A stretch of DNA of 64,000 nucleotides from Eledone cirrhosa. Lineage: Eukaryota. The notes beneath the pieces were generated by a model, which worked only from the letters and a program-made list of their open reading frames with translations, made no database searches and was not told the DNA's origin. The DNA lies in NCBI GenBank assembly GCA_964016885.1, contig OZ024741.1:385578001-385642000 (forward strand). Direction: 5' to 3'. How positions within the stretch are numbered: position 1 is the first letter of the stretch; the number at the start of each line of letters is the position of its first letter. A program made the translations under genes and the position numbers. This document shows, piece after piece, positions 59,501 to 64,000 of the stretch.

Positions 59501-61740
59501 TCATCATCATCATCATCATCATCAACGTTTAACGTCCGTGTTCCACGCTTGCATGGGTTTGGACAGGGGTAGTCCCACTTGAGGCAAGAGTGATTGTCTT
59601 GCTCGCATTGGACTGTCTGGCAGGTTTTCTACAGTTGGATGCCCTTCCTAACACCAACCACATTTACAGTGTGGGTCTGGGAGGTTTTTACCGTGTTGCC
59701 TACACGGCCACATTACAGCGTGGACTGTATGTTTTTTTGTCATGACACACGATCTTATTTGTTTCGGCCTGGATGGCGCGGCACCAACATAACTTTACAT
59801 AGAACGGGGTGGTGTGGATGGGGTGGGGGTGGTGGTGGTGGGACGGGGTGTATTTTGTTAGAGATGCCTACTGGCTGTAGTAGGTTTTACTATGTATTTA
59901 GGTAAGGTGGGTCTTCTCTGTTACTGAGTACCGCCAAAGGTCTCGGTCCAGTGATATTGTCTTGGAGAGGTGTAAGTGTGTGAGGTCGGAGTTTATCAGC
60001 TCGTCCCAGGTTTTTCTAGGTCTGCCTATTCCGTGGCTACCGTCTATCTTTATTGCCCTGCACTTTGTTATACAGCTATCGACTTTCATGCGCATCACGT
60101 GTCCATACCAACGTAGCCTTCTCTCGAGTAAACAACATCTGATCCCTCTTATTTCTAATTTTTTCCTTAGTTCGTTTATGCTTTGCCGTTCACGTATATT
60201 ACTGTTACACATCCAGCGGAGCATGCAAGCTTCGTTCCTCTCTAGTCTGCGTATATCCTCTGCACACAATGCCCAGGTCTCACTGCCATGCAACATTGCT
60301 GTTCGTATGCAGGCATCGTACAACCTGCCTTTCATTTTTAGGGAGAACCCTTTAGCAGCTAATAGTGGTATAAGCTCTCTGAACTTTTTCCAACCAGTTC
60401 TGACTCTAGCTACTGTACTTTCAGAGCACCCTCCCCCACTGCTGATTTTATCGCCCAGGTAACGGAAGCTGTCCACTATTTCTATAGAACCCTCTGCGCA
60501 ATTGAAAGAGCTAGTATTTTGTGGGCACTTGCTGCTACTTATTGCACCAGAGCACCGGCCACATGTAAAATCTATGTTCTTAGTTAGCTTACCTGTGATC
60601 CCACTACATCTTTTATGCACCCATACTTTGCATTTAGGACATAAAATGGAGTTTCTACCTACGCCTTTCCTACACACTGAGCATGACCATTTCCCAGAAG
60701 GGACCGCCGCCATATTTTCTTTCCTACAAACTAGAACTTTAGTTTTAGCCAGGTTAATTTTAAGTCCTTTTGATTCTAGGCCGTGCTTCCATGTTTGGAA
60801 TTTCTTCTCTAGCTCGGCCATTGATTCAGCTATGAGTGTCAGGTCGTCTGTGTATAGGAGTTCCCATGGGCAGCCGGTCTTGAACTCCTCTGTTATAGCC
60901 TGAAGGGCAATAATAAATAGTAGGGGGCTGAGAACAGAGCCCTGATGGACGCCAACTTTTACGCTAAACTCTTCACTATATTCGTTGTTAATTCTAACCT
61001 TGCTGACTGTTTCTTTATACATGGCTTGTATAGATCTCACAAGCCATTCGTCAACACCTAGTTTTCTAAGAGCCCACCAGATAATGGAGCGGGGGACTCT
61101 GTCGAAGGCTTTCTCCAAGTCGACAAAAGCTAAGTAGAGGGGTTTACCTTTAGCTAGGTACTTCTCCTGTAGTTGTCGTACAATGAAAAGAGCGTCTGTG
61201 GTACTTTTGCCTGACACAAACCCGAACTGCATTTCATCTAGGTCAATTCTCTCTCTGATTAGTTGCGCTATTACTTTTTCCGTGACCTTCATGACCTGGT
61301 CGATTAATTTAATGCCTCTATAGTTACTCCTATCTAGGGCGTCTCCTTTACCCTTATAACAGTTAACGATGATGCTGCTATGCCAGTCCTTCGGAACAAC
61401 CCCATTCTGTACGACTTGGTTAACTATGCGGGTGACCATGGTGTGTCCCACCGTGCCAGATGCCTTCAGCATCTCAGCAACTATTTCCGAAGGCCCAGCC
61501 GCCTTACCCGTCTTCATATCCTTGATTGCCTTACTTATTATACTCCCCTCGACTAACACTGCTGGTCCCTCTATTGGGTCGATGTGGGGGGAGACTGTCT
61601 TTCTCCCATTTATTCTCCTCATTTAGTAGCCTTTCATAGTGACACTTCCAAGCTACCTTCTTATCAGCGTCGGTGATGGCAAGTACGCCGTCATCATTAA
61701 GTACACACTTCTCCCCGACAATATCACGGTTTTCCTTTCT
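59501..61740 (-). mobile_element. RTE LINE, 5'-truncated, near-intact RT/C-terminal ORF
   Basis: 574-aa ORF 59898..61622 with DLEKAFD, QGSVLSPLLF, YTDD, Cys-finger; one frameshift near 61590; 3' UTR and (TCA)n tail at about 59501-59523. Confidence 0.96.
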
Positions 61741-61802
61741 CAAATACAAGTCGATGTTGAACGGTATGTCAAATCTATTTATCTATAAAACTGTCTATAT
61801 TG

Positions 61803-61868
61803 TATTTTGTCTGAGGAAGGCATAACATATTGTTAATATGATATCCCTGAAATATATATAATGAAATA
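61803..61868 (+). ncRNA. Type I minimal hammerhead ribozyme motif (same family as 52080)
   Basis: TATTTTGT-CTGAGGA-AGG..CATATT/AATATG..CCT-GAAA-TATATA-TA-ATGAAATA. Confidence 0.7.
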
Positions 61869-61909
61869 AATATGGTTTTATAAATATAATTTCCATTTAT
61901 TTGATATCG

Positions 61910-62096
61910 TATATATAATATATATATATATATATAATATATATATATAATATATATATAATATATATATATAATATATATATATAATATATATATATAT
62001 ATAATATATATATATATAATATATATATATAATATATATATATATATATAATATATATATATATATATAATATATATATATATATATAATATATAT

Positions 62097-62128
<32 letters not shown>

Positions 62129-62164
62129 ATATATATATATATATATAATATATATATATATATA

Positions 62165-62196
<32 letters not shown>

Positions 62197-62234
62197 ATAT
62201 ATATATATATATAATATATATAATATATGTATAT

Positions 62235-62268
<34 letters not shown>

Positions 62269-62320
62269 ATATATATATATATATATAATATATATAATAT
62301 ATGTATATATATATATATAA
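61910..62320. repeat. Interrupted (TA)n
   Basis: directly visible; explains the I/Y-repeat ORFs. Confidence 0.95.
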
Positions 62321-62449
62321 TTCCCCATGTATTTTCCAAAACAAATCTCTTGTATTTCTGTCTTGATTGTAAAAATACGGAGTTTTTGTCGTATATTTAC
62401 TAAACAAATCTTGTATTTTTGTTTGTTAATACGGGGTTCTCACTTAAAC

Positions 62450-64000
62450 CTATCTTCTCGCTAACAACTCAACACCCCTCCCTCCCGCCCCCACACACCA
62501 CCATTATTATTACGTGGACCAATCATAAGCCAGAGGCCTATACTATCGCTTACCTGGTCGCCTTCGATATGTAGGATGGAAGGACTACGGAGTTCCGGAG
62601 AGTTGAAGAGAGAAAAATCTGGACACTCAGCGACAATGCCAAAGTTAAAGACAATCACACCTCGAGGACGAAAATGCGAGCATGCCTCTTTGTTTCGGCC
62701 GCGGATCGCTAACATAACCCCATCTCCCCCCGCTCCCCACTTTTCCAACCCCCCAAACGCAATCCAAAACTTCAGATTTGGTACCTTGAATGTAGGCACC
62801 TTAAAGGGTCGCTCTAACGAGGTTGTAGAAATGCTTGAACGTAAGGAGGTCGATGTTTGTTGTATCCAAGAGACCAGGTGGAGGGGTGGATCTGCTAGAT
62901 ACATTGTGGGTAGAAAACGATGCTATAAGCTTTTCTGGGTGGGAAACGACAATGGGCTGGGTGGAGTAGGAATCATGGTAGCAGAAAAGTGGGCAGATAA
63001 GATAATAGCCGTAAATAGAGTGAACGACAGAATAATTAAAATAAGACTTGTCCTCAATAGAACTACGGTGACAGTAATATCCGCGTACGCACCCCAATCC
63101 GGACTGCCCGGCACCATAAAAGACAGATTCTATGAGACACTGATGCTCACTACCTCCCAAATAACCGACAGTGACTATATAATTATTGCAGGCGACCTAA
63201 ACGGTCACGTTGGACAACATTGTGACGGCTACGACGAAATCCATGGAGGCTATGGGTTTGGTACTAGAAATGAGGAAGGCTCGAGTATCCTGGAATTCTG
63301 CGACGCACATAACCCAACTATCTGCAACACTAACTTCAAAAAACGAGACAATCACTTGATCACCTACAGATCAGGGGAACATACTAGCCAGGTAGATTAT
63401 ATCCTTACCAGAAGACGTGACAAAGTGACTGTCGTAAACACTAAATCCCTCCCCCATGAAGAATGCACTTCCCAACATAGACTGATAATTAGCGACCTAA
63501 TAGTCAGGACGAGACGTACTAGACAACAGAAGAGGACTATCCTCAGGAGAAAAATATGGAAGCTAAAGGACCCCACAGCCAGAAATAAATTTCAAAGCAT
63601 ATTACTTGATGCTTTCGACAGTGAGGAAGAGCAATTAGAGACGTACAAGGTAGAGGTACAGTGGGAATTCCTGAAAGCAAACCTGCTGACGGCGGCAGAC
63701 GAAGTCTGTGGCTGGAGCAGGCCTGTAGGCAGGAGGAGAGTAACATGGTGGTGGAACAGTAAGGTGGAGGGGTCAATCAAGGCCAAAAAGCAGGCTTGGA
63801 AAGTATGGCGGGATGGGGTAAGCAGAGAAGACTATCAAGTGGCCAGGAGGGAAGCTAGGAGACAAGTGTACTTCGCAAGAAGGGAAGCAGAGGAAAGAAA
63901 GTTCAAGCATGTTCTACAACGCGATGACCAAAAACGTGAGGTGTTCAGGATTGCTAGGCAATGTGTCAAGGAAAACAGTGATATTGTCGGGGAGAAGTGT
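62450..64000 (+). mobile_element. RTE LINE 5' part with uninterrupted ORF (ATG 62576 to window end), APE endonuclease domain
   Basis: manual translation MEGLRSS...FRFGTLNVGTL...CCIQETRW...SAYAPQ...GDLNGHVG...QVDYIL...SQHRLII...IVGEKC, no stop seen in 475 codons. Confidence 0.93.

Noticed and set aside
59962-60903. Plus-strand ORFs of 166 and 133 aa (and similar ORFs at 11471-11740, 12196-12576, 62461-63160)
   Set aside because: Antisense shadows of RTE coding sequence.
61775-62407. Long Ile/Tyr-repeat ORFs (also 59050-59232)
   Set aside because: Translations of (TA)n microsatellite.

Overview
AT-rich, intron- and repeat-rich animal genomic DNA. The repeat inventory (RTE LINEs with (GAT)n tails, tRNA-derived SINEs, Penelope-like elements, long (TA)n) suggests a cephalopod/mollusc such as Octopus, which is an inference. 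Two spliced genes lie head-to-head. On the minus strand is a SEC23IP/DDHD2-family intracellular phospholipase A1 gene: ATG at 48270, 17 phase-consistent coding exons down to 974, continuing past the window start. It includes a 12-nt microexon that supplies a conserved DDHD-domain Asp, plus two candidate in-frame cassette exons of 39 and 18 nt. On the plus strand are the first two coding exons of MCMBP (ATG 53089), matching the divergent SEC23IP-MCMBP pair I recall in vertebrates. Introns and the spacer hold RTE-clade LINEs (one with an ORF open to the window end), a BovB-like LINE, CRE-type RLE retrotransposon relics, a Penelope-like element, MITEs, SINEs and a 48-bp tandem array derived from the RTE 3' UTR. 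Between about 47 and 62 kb there are at least five type I hammerhead-ribozyme motifs from about four sequence families, several inside fold-back palindromes. All calls come from reading by eye; no searches or folding were run.
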